Shown: positions 38,699-50,800 of the stretch, in pieces
Numbering within the stretch: position 1 is the stretch's first letter
Layout of the letters: each line of letters starts with the position of its first letter
NCBI GenBank assembly: GCA_040954595.2
Contig: CM082589.2
Span: 796,690-860,689, forward strand
Reading direction: 5' to 3'
DNA from: Balanoglossus misakiensis
Lineage: Eukaryota > Animalia > Hemichordata
Length of the DNA: 64,000 bases
The notes under the pieces: model-generated
What the model was told of the DNA's origin: nothing
Seen by the model: the letters and a program-made list of their open reading frames with translations, nothing else
Databases searched by the model: none
Made by a program: the position numbers and the translations under genes

Positions 38699-41600
38699 AT
38701 GAACGACAGTGATTGTTCTGCGGTGACAGATGTCAGAGAAGAGAGTGATGTGACAGGAGGCAGCATTGGTGTGAGACAGGTCGTGGGAGAGACAGAAAAA
38801 CCGGACAAGCAAGAGAAAGGCGTTGCACTGACAGATGATGCACAACACAAGGGATCGTCACCACATCAACACAAATATGTTGATTGTCCTAATGATGGCG
38901 AGCATACAGAAAGAATTGAGACATATTCAACCGACAACCGGGACAACGTTCAAAGCCAGCAATCAGCGGATACCGAAGAAGGGATGCTATCAACTACTGA
39001 TCTACAAGAGGACGGGAACGACAGACCAGAGATGCCTTCTCGTCCAAGAGAAACAGAAATGGTACGTCACACATCTTGGTTGATGTTTGATATTCGTGGA
39101 CCAGAAGAGAGCGATTGTACTGGCCAAAAAGATCTGCCTAGCATGGAAAATGACAGTGCGGCATCTGCGGGTATTGATTATGAAAAAGATGGTGGTAGCG
39201 CAGGTGTGATGGCTGATGTGATACAAGATGGCGAGTATACTACAACCCTGTCTGATAAGCGAGAAGATCGAATTCCTCATGAAGAAGGTGGTGAATCTTC
39301 TATCGACAGAAGAGGTAGATATGATGATAGCGAGACTGAAAGTGATGACGATGTTGGCGGTGGTTCTTTCAATGATGAAGTCACTGCCGAACAAGCCGAG
39401 AATGATGGTGACGTCATATCTGATACTAAGGATGAGGATGTGAAGTACTGTAACAGCCTCTTTGTTGAAATCACTTTACCAGAAGACAAGAAAGAGAATG
39501 CAGAAGCCACGATAGGAACATCAGACAACAAAGAAAAGAGTGAGTTGGACAGTGACAACTCGACAAATGATGCGATATTACATCATGGGGATAATGAGAC
39601 AAGTGGGAATGAAGATGAAGATGGACGCTGCTCAGAATCCGCAGCTTGTTATGGACGTGTTACTAAGGAGATAAACACGGAGACAAATTTGTCATCCCTA
39701 GGGATCCAATTAACAGAGGAACGTGAACAAGCAATGGATGAACAATCTGTCTATGGAAATGCAAAAAACAATGGTCGATCCCAATCTTTGGACACCGTTG
39801 GACAACCAAAAAGTGAAGTTAATTTTACTTCAGAAGAAAATTACACCGGCAAAAGATCAAGAAGCGTTCCCTCTGATAAAGATTCTGTGATTTGTCGAAA
39901 GTTATCTCCCAATACAATGGACATCATTACCAATTCTGTCGTGACGAAACCCAGTCAACAGATCAAAAAAGGAAGTGTTCTTTTAGTCGGTACTTCTGAA
40001 GACGAAACCAAGAGTCAGGCGCGTGCTGATGATAGATTTAACAACAGACAAGCGATGACAGGTGAAGATGGAGCAATAGTCGAAGAATATCAAAAGCACT
40101 GGAAAGAAAGTCGGGTAGTGTTAGAGGAAGGAAATGATGAAGCTCAAAACGCACCAGAATATAACGATCAGCACAATGAACGGCAAAAGAGAAAGATGGA
40201 AAGCGCATCAGCTTCGAATTCAAAGTTCTTACTTAAATCCTTTAGCTTTGACGATACATCTACAAATCCTGGCTCGGATAATTATACAACCAATTCACCG
40301 AGGCATGGTCGAGACAAATTAACGTGTGATCCAAACCAAGACGGTAGACCTAAGTCAGCTCGGGGGAGAATGAGACAAGTGTCAGTGGAGGTCGAGCCTA
40401 GAGAAAATGAGACAAGCCTTATCGGACAGGAGAGGACAGACTTCAAGCGGGTTGATGAAGAGCTTGTTGAACATGTTGCAGCCGACCTTCCAGATGAATC
40501 GCTGGAAATTATGTTGCTGGAAATCGAAGAGAATTTCAACTTTACAGCTGACATCGACGAGGTAGATCGCTATGACAACGCACCTAGTCCACACTCAAAA
40601 GAGACAGGTTATCAGCCAACCGATGATGTAAAAAGTCAGCGTTTAACCAGATCAAATATTAAAAATGAAACAGAGGGTGAGATAGAACTCCCTTTGAAAC
40701 AGAAATCACAAGAAAATGAAACATTGAGAGAACCACCTGGGCAGAATATTGTTCTACAAACTTCTAAAGAGAAAATAACAACTCCTGGACAACACTTGAT
40801 GAAAGGTCTTGCTGAAAATCTATTAGAAGAGGATACTTCTGGCCAATCAGTTGAAAGTAAACGAGATGACATCATCACAGAGGAGATGCACATGGCTGGT
40901 GAGGCTTACTACTCAGGAATAATGAAAACTCCTAATGGCAACAATAGAGTGACACCTGAAGATAACGGAGAGGCATTGGAAGAAGGCGAAACCACTGCCC
41001 TCCAAGAGACTGCCAAGGAAGATTCTGAGGAACCTCCTACCAGTTATCAGAAGGAAGTCTCACAGGAAAACAATGGCAGACCGACTTCAGATCAACAGAC
41101 ATCTGATGCAGACAAAACAGAGTATCGTCAAATCCGTGCACGTGAATCTACTGACAGAATCTCCCCAGATTCGGGTAGCAGAAAACTGGATAATTCCTTG
41201 TCGATGGCCGACCTTCAGTCGAATTTGAAGAAAGAGGGGCTGCAAAAGATTGAATCTATCAGAGAAAGGCAACTGACCGAACCAGTCAGAGACAGTGTTA
41301 ATTCTCAAAGAATCAACGAAGGAAAGACGATCACTTCATCTCTTCTGATGCTGCAAGAGGCACAGGCGCGCCGACTCAGTCCTGAAGGAAGCACAGAACC
41401 CGACACAAATCCTGGAGCCAAAAGCTCTGATTCAAAAGTCACACTGCGAAAGTACAGCAGCGTGGCTGGTTCCGGCACAGACAGTAGAAGTCCGGTCGAC
41501 AACGCAACACGTAAGAGAGACAAGAAGCAAAGTTCTCAACGCAAACATGTCTGTATAGACAGTCAGCCAGGACCATCAGGACATCAACAACAAAGATCAG

Positions 41601-41791
41601 GCAAAGTAAGTCCAAACCCTGGGTTTTTACTTCGTGCTAGGGGGTCAAATTACATTATAATAATTGCATTCTGGGTAAAAGGTCGACAACTCACTGCACT
41701 TATTTTTCTTAATCAACAGAAGCGAGCCAACTCCCAGACTGGATATGGCAATGAACCCATGTGTACTTCAAAACTGTGTGTACTGTTTTGA
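38699..41791 (+). CDS. Uncharacterised ~992-aa acidic, likely disordered protein with C-terminal CaaX motif
   Basis: 3.1-kb ORF rich in D/E/S/T. Probable 114-nt intron at 41606-41719 (aaa|gtaagt...tttttcttaatcaacag|). Ends MCTSKLCVLF-stop. Acceptor at 38658-38659, upstream non-coding donor gtaagt at ~37952, AATAAA at ~42197. Confidence 0.8.
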   Translation: MNDSDCSAVTDVREESDVTGGSIGVRQVVGETEKPDKQEKGVALTDDAQHKGSSPHQHKYVDCPNDGEHTERIETYSTDNRDNVQSQQSADTEEGMLSTTDLQEDGNDRPEMPSRPRETEMVRHTSWLMFDIRGPEESDCTGQKDLPSMENDSAASAGIDYEKDGGSAGVMADVIQDGEYTTTLSDKREDRIPHEEGGESSIDRRGRYDDSETESDDDVGGGSFNDEVTAEQAENDGDVISDTKDEDVKYCNSLFVEITLPEDKKENAEATIGTSDNKEKSELDSDNSTNDAILHHGDNETSGNEDEDGRCSESAACYGRVTKEINTETNLSSLGIQLTEEREQAMDEQSVYGNAKNNGRSQSLDTVGQPKSEVNFTSEENYTGKRSRSVPSDKDSVICRKLSPNTMDIITNSVVTKPSQQIKKGSVLLVGTSEDETKSQARADDRFNNRQAMTGEDGAIVEEYQKHWKESRVVLEEGNDEAQNAPEYNDQHNERQKRKMESASASNSKFLLKSFSFDDTSTNPGSDNYTTNSPRHGRDKLTCDPNQDGRPKSARGRMRQVSVEVEPRENETSLIGQERTDFKRVDEELVEHVAADLPDESLEIMLLEIEENFNFTADIDEVDRYDNAPSPHSKETGYQPTDDVKSQRLTRSNIKNETEGEIELPLKQKSQENETLREPPGQNIVLQTSKEKITTPGQHLMKGLAENLLEEDTSGQSVESKRDDIITEEMHMAGEAYYSGIMKTPNGNNRVTPEDNGEALEEGETTALQETAKEDSEEPPTSYQKEVSQENNGRPTSDQQTSDADKTEYRQIRARESTDRISPDSGSRKLDNSLSMADLQSNLKKEGLQKIESIRERQLTEPVRDSVNSQRINEGKTITSSLLMLQEAQARRLSPEGSTEPDTNPGAKSSDSKVTLRKYSSVAGSGTDSRSPVDNATRKRDKKQSSQRKHVCIDSQPGPSGHQQQRSGKVSPNPGFLLRARGSNYIIIIAFWVKGRQLTALIFLNQQKRANSQTGYGNEPMCTSKLCVLF

Positions 41792-44049
41792 ACACTACTT
41801 TGACATCTTAGATGTAGCTACCACTGGCAGCCTAGGGGGAGAAAAGAAGCAAGAAACCAGACCAGACAACAAATTACAAACCACACCTGCTACCCCCCCC
41901 CCAGAAAATGGAACCAACCAGCACATTCCACCACTATTCAGTACCACCTGTACCATTGATTTACATGTATGCTTATATAAGCGAACTCTCAAAAACAATG
42001 TAAAACTCAACAGAAACTTTAAAAACTTTATATTGATGACTGTATTTATTTGTGACGAGTGAAATAGGTTATCCCAGTCACTTTCCTTCATTATATAACA
42101 CTGCATCGGTTCTTAATTTGGATTTTACAATTCTATATTTGTCACGGTTACTTTGTATCGTACATTTGAGTGTATCATTCTTTTAAGTGAACAGTGAATA
42201 AAAAGTATCTTACGTGGTCGAGCGAGCGTGTCCCTTCACTAACCTGCGTTTTAAGGCGAATTAATAATATGTAAGCATTTTGCCAAGCTGTACCTCAGGC
42301 GTATAGGTATATACTAGACCTAGGCTATACAGCCAGCCTTCTGCATTGTTGTTGTTGAAAGCAAATTATCGCCCCGGACGATCATGAACAGTCAAAACCA
42401 ACAAAGACCGATTTCAAACGGCGGGATATCTAAACGTCACTTCTCATACAGATTTAAATGTCTACTACAATGCACTCCCTAGTGAGACTTTCAAATAGAA
42501 TCAACAAGGGCACTCATTTCTTTTTAATTCGACAGTACAATTGTCCATTTCATTTCTATTTTGACTACAACTCGTTGTGAGGCAACTTCTTGTGTTCGTT
42601 TTACTGCTGTGAACCCTTAGAGGCGCCCAAGCTTCAATTGCAAACAGACGGCAATATTATCGGAAAGGTTCGACTTTCTGTTGATCCTTGATCTCATCCA
42701 CGTCTAGTATTTCAGTCTCTCTCCGAGTGGTTGACGTGTGTGACAGAAACTTCTACATCTCTGTGGTCGAAGCTTACTGTTCACAGTTTTGCGCGTGGAC
42801 AACTTCAGTGGACAAAGCGTCAACAACAAACTGTTGCTTTGTAAGTCAGATATTAACTGACTTGTTAGATATTAACATCGAACAGGTGAGTAGAGTTTAG
42901 CTAAAGGTTATATAGATCGGTGAAGTTGGGACAGATTTGTTGCAAAGCATGCATAATAGAGCGTGAAGTGGGAGCTCTAAACAGAAAACGAAATGAATAG
43001 GTGCTATAGGGGGCTGAACACAATGGTCCGAAAAACGTCTAAGTATTAACTGTTAGGGATGGATCATTTGATGTCTGCAAGGCGGGACTGGTGCAAATTA
43101 CCAACTTTGCCCTTTTCCTCACCACCCCCCCCCCCCCGCCATCACCAAATGCATTCCCCCTTAGAGTCCCAATTTAATGTTGACAGACGGAGGTTAGAAG
43201 CAATGCCAGCAGTCAAGGTTCAACGTTTCTGAGGCGTGTTTTATATTTTATTGAATTTATGTCTCCTTCGCGTTGATTTATGGAGGGTCACAGGGCAGTT
43301 ACGACCCGTCGTAGAAAATGCCAGAGTTGAGTTGAGCTTATAAGCGTTCGTCACAATACTACAGGGACAGAAGCAGGCACTAGTCCGTTTCTCTGTGAGC
43401 ACTGTCCGCAGTTGAACCCAAGGTTAGTGTATTTAACGCCCATCCCCATGATACACTCAACAGGTATCTATGGTCTATACTAGTTTAATACTTGGTTAAT
43501 ATTTGAAAACTTCTCATCGAGCTAGACTGGAATTTAGCCATGGGAATGAATGCACAATAGTGGTGGCCAATTCTGCCGGTGGCCATGAAACTATACAGAA
43601 GCACGATGACACGCACATGGTTTCAGGGTATGTCTGGATTGGTTCTTTAGACCAGTGATGAATGGGGGCTCTTCAAATGGTGAAAGTCAAAAACTGCATT
43701 GTGAACCTTGCCAACGCTGATGCAATTTAGCAGCACACGTGCGCCGCATACTTTGCGAACAGTCATGCATGATGTAAGGTCAAAGTGGATGTTATTTTGT
43801 GCCATCTGGTAAACCTCCTTGTTGACTTGTAGTATTGTGGTCAAATGTTCCTTATTCACATTATAATTGGCATTGAAGTCCCATTCTGAAGTCCTACTCA
43901 AGTCTTGACCTTGTTGGTAATGCTTTGCGAGAAAGCGCCCTCGTCGGTGTAACTATATTTGACTTTGTTTTAACATCTTCATTTTTCTCAACATTCTGAT
44001 CTTCTTCAGAGGAAAATGAACGACAGTGAAGAGAGGTAGAAATGGCAAT

Positions 44050-45768
44050 ATGTCAAACGCGTGTACTTCAAGTGTTGCCGATGGGAAGACGGGATTGTCC
44101 ATCAATTCTGTTGGAAATGTCGCCGGGGAGGAAGAACATTCAATGGAAGAGCTTCTGCTTGCTGCAGTAAGAGATGCAGTCAGTGCGCGTGATCTCTTTA
44201 TCCTCGATTTGACCGACAACTTCTTTGAAATTGGTGGGAATCTAGGTAAGCTAGCTTGCTGACTTATAGCAAGACCTTGCAAAGGTCAGGCAAATAGCCA
44301 AGAATGCAAAATAAGTTTGTTTGTCCCCGTAGATATTCTCTGGGAACCATACTTGCCCCTTTAAAGGAAATTTAACAACAACCATGTAAAAGTCGATCAA
44401 AACACCCGCTAACAATTTCTTATAATTCCACTTTTCAGTGACTGCAGCAATAACAGTCAGAAAGCTTCGGGAAACGGGGTATGAAGTCGATTTGGAGTAT
44501 TTCTGCAACGCCAAACATCTCCGCGATGTCGTTGATGGAATGCACCGCAGAAGTTATACTCCTTATGAACTCGTGTACGGAATCCAAACACTTAAAGACT
44601 GTGACGTGACAAGGACGCAGTGTTTATCACGTGACTATCAGCTGATACCGTTCTCTGAAGCCTCTGAGCTTGAACTTGGTCAGGTTTTCGACTTCGCTCA
44701 CAGAATGCTCGTCCAATTCGACCCATTCCTGCTGACGTCTGACATGAACGACACTGACAAACAAGTCTTCATCGCAGCTGCGCTTCGGGAAATCTTCCAT
44801 AATCACGGATGTCAATCACTCTCGTTTTTCATACGTCACAGGAGAAGGAAGGACATTGGTGGCACTGTGTTGTCAGCTGATTTCTGTTTCCAGTGCCACC
44901 CAAGTCACGAAGGAATTCCCTGTCTTCCACTGAACGCCTATCTTCAGACGTTGTTCTCGTTAGAGAAGAAACAGAGAGAGATCCTTCATGTGACGTCACC
45001 TGGGGAGATTGCATGTCAAGTTGTGTCAATCCTAGATTTCTCTGTAGAACCGCCGACCAATCAACTCTTGCTTCAAAGATTACTCATTGCTGGTATGGCG
45101 TTGTTATCACATCACAAATTTAAAGAAAACACCCAAAATTGATTCTTTTCGTATTTTCAGTTTCAGCGATAATTAATAAACTGACATTTGCCATTAATTT
45201 CCTGCTAAGCTACGATTATCTCGCCATGTTTCCTGAAGAGCACACGATTTCAATTTTGTAATCACGTTCAAACACCTGTGACAAATATAAACAAGGATAT
45301 TCCAACTTGCAATAGATATGGGGAACAGTTCCAATACTCTTGTACACTTTAGTACCCTTCTCGTTCCTACTATCTTTGCTTTTACATGATTTTCACGTCT
45401 CCATCACGTTATGAAGTGGCTTGGTCCAGACTTATTATTTTGCATCGATTTTGCCATGTTTCCGTTGAAAATTTATGGCCATGTTTCATACATTTCTTAC
45501 AGAAAGCGTACGGACTGCTCGTCGCCAAGGTTACAAGAAACTCATTGGTTTCCACGGTAACCCCTTGCTTCAGGAATGCGCAACCGAGGCTGGATTCAAG
45601 ACGATAGATGCATCGGAACAGTTGAAAGGACTACAGTTTAAGAAGACGAAACCTTTCGCCAACATTAGACCTGCAAACTATAGGATCGTAGTCATGGCTA
45701 CGGATCTGGTGTCAAAGGTCAAAGTAGACAATAATGAAAACACCAATGAAGTCGTGGAGGCGAGATAG
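44050..45768 (+). CDS. Ebony-like T (carrier) domain + AANAT/GNAT-fold C-terminal domain, no A domain; carrier Ser replaced by Leu (371 aa)
   Basis: Exons 44050-44245, 44439-45092, 45503-45768 (1116 nt, in phase). DNFFEIGGNLVTAAITVRKLRETGYEVDLEYFCNAKHLRDVV resembles the recalled Ebony T domain (NFYELGGNSLNSIFTVTLLREKGY..FIAAKNLGEII). ESVRTARRQGYKKLIGFHGNPLLQECATEAGFKTI resembles the Ebony/AANAT C-terminus. Confidence 0.8.
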
Positions 45769-47198
45769 GCGCAATGTTGCCATGGACACGCGAAACTGTG
45801 GAGTCAGACGTAGCAGTGACGTCATTCTTCAAATGATTTTGAACAACATGTTTTTACAGTATAAACTCAACTCAAAGTTGACGCACTGTACTGAAACAAA
45901 AATAGGTATAGTGTTAATGATGATAAAACTAGCTAGTTGACATTGACGCAATTTTAAGTGGTTGTTTTTTTGCTCCATGTCTCAGTCTTAACAATGCTTA
46001 TTATACACATACGGCCTGTTGATAAACTAACTTAAAACTAGACTTTTTGCCACACTACTGGAAGTCAAACAAAAACCTGAAGTTGAAACATAAATCAGGA
46101 GCTACAACTATTCTGCAAAATGTTCACACCCAACCCACATACTCATAGTTCCCTCGGCTGTCTGAAATATGATTAATAAAGAAATCAACATTGAATATTT
46201 AATTCAATGTGTATTTATTTGAGTGCTGCATGAGGAACTGAGAATGCCATACCTGCAGGTATAAGTTGGACGTTAAGGTATGCGTCGGTACTTTTCGTTT
46301 ATGACACGCGTGAAATATGGACTTGCCTAATTTGTGTTTGAATATATCAGGGCTGTACCTAGCACGTTATACCATCAGGTCTGACCCTAACTAAATACTC
46401 AATGCCCGCATATGTGCACAGGGCAGAACCCCCGAGGCAAAAGTTCATCATGATCCACGCATAATCACAAAACACTCCGGCCGTTATACATGTACACTGT
46501 CTATACTCACGAACACAAATTAGACTTCCACTGGTCGACGCGAGATCGCCAACATTCTGCTTGACAACAGTGGATGAAGTGGTCGCCAAACACTCTTGGA
46601 TCGTGTTGGTAGCCTTTGATGGTTGCAGTACAACGAACTTTACAGGTCAGTGGGGGATTTGTGAAGTTAATTCTGTTTGTCGATAAACAAAGTTCCGCTA
46701 TTTCCAGCAACATACCAAATTGTACGTCCATACGCAAAGGCCGATTAACACAAACAGCTAGACCGTTTCCCCATAAATATATCCTCGGGGTTAGCAAGTC
46801 TCGTTTGACACACAAACCACTTTCAAAGCAACTTGGGATCTTCTTTGAACACACAAACCAACCCGTTAAATTACTGTGCGATGCAATCAAAAAGTAGACC
46901 ACCTGATTGTGTATAACAAAATAACCAGACGAATGAGCGTAGCACTACCATGAAAAAAGGGGCCAATCGTCCACCGTAATACAAAATTTACGAACTCGGG
47001 TATTCGTAGCTGAAACATTGGTTCTTTTGAAGTAAACAAACGCCCATGTTTTGGACTTTACTCCATTGAAGTGTGAAATCTTGCATAACAGAGTTTGACA
47101 TCTCTTCGTTTTTCAACGCTCATTAAACACCTAGAATGTTGACCACCTGAAGCATCGCAGTGTTTGCTGTTTTCAATTCACGTCACTCCACTCCCTGA

Positions 47199-47271
47199 TA
47201 TAAAAAGCTCGGTAACAATTCGATTACGCTATTCACAAGATAATTACATTAGTCTGTAGTGGACAACACAG
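47199..47271 (+). promoter_or_regulatory. TATA box and probable non-coding first exon of the second Ebony-like gene
   Basis: TATAAAAA at 47199, donor ag|gtaag at 47272, and a pyrimidine-rich acceptor (ctctctctctgtag) at 47758 ahead of ATG 47830. Confidence 0.5.
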
Positions 47272-47829
47272 GTAAGACACACGATTATTATATCGAATTA
47301 AGTTTGGATATACTGTTTGGTTCCTTACAACTTAAAAATTTCATTATTCACTGCATAATTTATAAACTCAGGCGATAATTTTCAAGAGTTTCCAGTTCAA
47401 AGATCACTACAGAGGTTCCTTCTTCAAATTTGTCACATTAATCACCGCAGTGCGTGCGGAACTGTTACATCATTCAAATTCCTTGAATGCGAAATACATG
47501 TAACACATTACACTCAATGAATTTAATTAGCTTGTCCTGTTTTTGGCCCGAAAAACATTTGCGATTACTTGTGTTTTCAAATGTAGAAACCGATCACTTA
47601 TTTCGGGTGTCATTGGCCATGATTACATAGACCTTGTATTGTAAACATCGGACTGGTTTATTGGTTGACATATTGGCACATGTTTGACATATTGATGGTT
47701 GCAAATAGAGTATATACGTGGTATTTTGACAAACTTCATGTTTGCTCTCTCTCTGTAGTTCGGTGTCGAGTCCGGTGTACGAAACCTGTCGCTTGTGAAG
47801 ACTGACACGTATGCGAAGTCGACGTGAAA

Positions 47830-50800
47830 ATGGAAGAAAATGACAATCTCAACGAAACCAGCAGCTGTGTGGGGACAGACTCGACCTACTCACAAGACGA
47901 TCTGACCACCACGAAAGAAAACAGAGAAGGTGACAAGAATGGAGACGAAAAAGTCGACTGCGTCTTAAGGGCCATATCGGACGCAATCGCTCTGCCAGTC
48001 GATGTCATTGACCTCGGAGATGATTTCTTTGAGATTGGCGGAAATTCAGGTAAGAACGAAAGAAGAATCTTCAAGAAACAAACGTCACAGCATTTACTCA
48101 AATATGGATATTTCTATCAGTGTGAGGCAGTGGTTAAATATCAAAACATATATTTCCGTCGTTATTAATTTGATTTTGATGTATTTATGTAGTATTTGAC
48201 AGTCATGTGCGACGATAAGATATGATAGAAAATGTACACGTATTGTAAATATGTTGTTCGTCTTGATTTTTGACATGTGCGTGTCACACGTTTGCTTTCT
48301 CTTAAAAATAACGATAAAATCTCAATTGCTGATTTCGTAGTCTCTACTTTTCAACTTTGAAAACACGAGTTTTGCATATTTTTGTTCCTTTTCAGCAACG
48401 AGCGTTGCAGTGGTACAAAGCCTGATCAAAAGTGGATATGACGTGACACTGAAAGAAATCTACAGCGCAGAATTGATAGAAGATATCGTCAACTTTGCCA
48501 GAAAAGGGACTTTTCCATCAAAAGCATTAGTCGACGGACCCGAAAGACGCCATCTTGATTTCAACGAAGGCTCGTACTGTATGGATGATTATGAAACAAT
48601 TCCCTTGGACGAGGCTACAAGCGAGGAGATACAGTTGGCGATAGAAATCTGTAAAGATTCCATATCGAGGGGTGACTTTCTTGGCGATTGTGTGGAAATG
48701 GACCCAGGTCATAAACTTCTTGTAATCACAGAATTCATTGATTCATTATTTCTTCAAGAAACCTGCGTCAAGTTGTCTTTCTTGCTGAAAAGCAGGCAAG
48801 GCGGGCAAATAGCCGGCATATCAATCAACGTTGATTTTTACAGCGAAGACATTCCAAGGTTCAATGAACTGGATTCTATTCCAAACCTGGAAGCTAAAAT
48901 TGAAGCGTATATGGTGTTAAGATCAGACGCAAAGAAGGCGTTAGGAGTGAACACCCCCGGAGAGTGGCTATTCCAAATAGTATCGTTTGTAAACTTTGAT
49001 GAAGATGAGAGAAACAAGGCTTCTGTTTTAAGATTCATAGAAATTGGTAAGTTGTGAGAGGGAGCTAATTATGATGATGGAACTTTTTGTAAAATTCGGG
49101 GAAAATCAATACTACAACAGGCTTTTCTTGAACTGCTACATACAAGACGATAGCCTATGATAACTTAAAGCCCCAGTAACTGATGCATTAAAGGGGCAAT
49201 TATCAATCCCTGGTTCCCCTTTATGCCACAGAGAAACTGTCCCTGGCGAAGAAACACAAAATGCGGGGCGTGGCTGGACTCTACACCAATGTCTTCTCCC
49301 GATGGATAGCGGAAGAAGTTGGACTTGAAATCGTTCTACAATCGCAAATCTTCAGAGATCAGTATTTCAAGTACATCACTATGTCGGATAAAAACGATTG
49401 GAAGGTCTATTTGATGGTTAAGGAACTTGACCATGCAGGTAGGATGAACAAATGAATGATTTTGAAATGACACTTTTAAATGTCAATTATTTTACCCAAA
49501 ATTTGGTATGACGCGATGTACATGTATGTCTTTTTTTTTGCAGAAAACCAAGAAGGGAGCAGAGTCGGTCGAGCAATGGTGCCGGAAGTGACGGGATTAC
49601 AGATGGACCGAACCTCCTCCGAACCTGCAATCTGTGCTACGACTGGATGTGAAACTACGGAAGGTAAGTTAAAGAGTCGACCTTTCCCTAGGATAAGTCT
49701 AAAGTGCACTGTACCAACCGTTATGACAAATACTATTGAAGGAAGGACTATGGCCCATGACTATAACTGCAGCGCAGTGTAAGGGACAGTTGAAATTGGC
49801 CGCGTACTCGTGACCTAATCGTGACCGAGAAAGCTCGTTTTACGCTTTATGTAAATTAATCATAATTGTCCCACTCGACATTAACATGTCTAGAATCGAT
49901 TTCTTTTTGTTTCCAGTGTTTTTCTTTTGTGAAATGAACAATGAGACAAAACACGTGTTGTTCCACCAACAATACACGGTGTGGATATCTGAACTGTGAA
50001 TGTGTTCAACCTGTTCTATTTTCAGAGAATCTAGTACAGGCGGTGAGACAGCTGCGAAGAAGTGGTCTCGATCTGAGAGTAACCGACGTCGTGGAAAGGT
50101 CTTTGCAGAGCGTTGCTGACTCGTGTGAAGTCATAGAACCATCGCTGGTAACGATAGCAACGGGAATGCGAGCTTGTACCACAGCGACCGAATCAGGCGA
50201 TGTGATGTCGGAGAAACTGTCGGATAGCTACGATGTGGTTCTGCTCTCTGACGCTACGGAGAAGGAGCTATCGGATGCCCTTGAACTCTGCGTCGAACAC
50301 ATGTTGGAAAGCGATCCCGTGGTCTGTTGCCTGAAATTGGAGCTCGATGACAAGCGTACCTTTGCGACGGCGGCGGTCAGAGAAATTCTGTACAACGACA
50401 CCTGTCTGCCGGCGTCTCTTTTGCTCCGCGACAAAAAGACGGGTCGGATTGCAGCGGCCATGTTGTGTGGTGATTTCTTCTACCAGTGCCATGCCAGTTA
50501 CGAGGGACTCGCAAACGTTCCGTGGAAGAGTTATGTTAACACATTGGTTACCATGGAAATGTACTATAAGAATGTTCTACATGTCACCATGCCTGGTGCT
50601 TGGTCATGTCAGGTGATGTCAGCCGTGAGTTCTGAGGCCGATTTGAAGACACGAACCAATATGAGGACATTTCTTGTGACGGGTAGGTGCCAACAAAAAT
50701 TGAGGGGTCTATACCCGTGGCAGATTGGACATTCCTCAATGTGTTACAAAATCCATACCCTTGTTGTACACCCTTCTTTCGCTGAAGTTGGCGAAAGAAA

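Noticed and set aside
38699-44029. Identical 14-mer ATGAACGACAGTGA at 38699 and 44016
   Set aside because: No further similarity on either side; most likely coincidence.
46359-46951. Cys-rich minus-strand ORF between the Ebony-like genes with a possible signal-peptide exon (ATG 46951)
   Set aside because: The putative donor at 46902 is phase 1 while the best acceptor (46638) is phase 0. The ORF has no ATG ahead of its Cys-rich region and no recognisable family.
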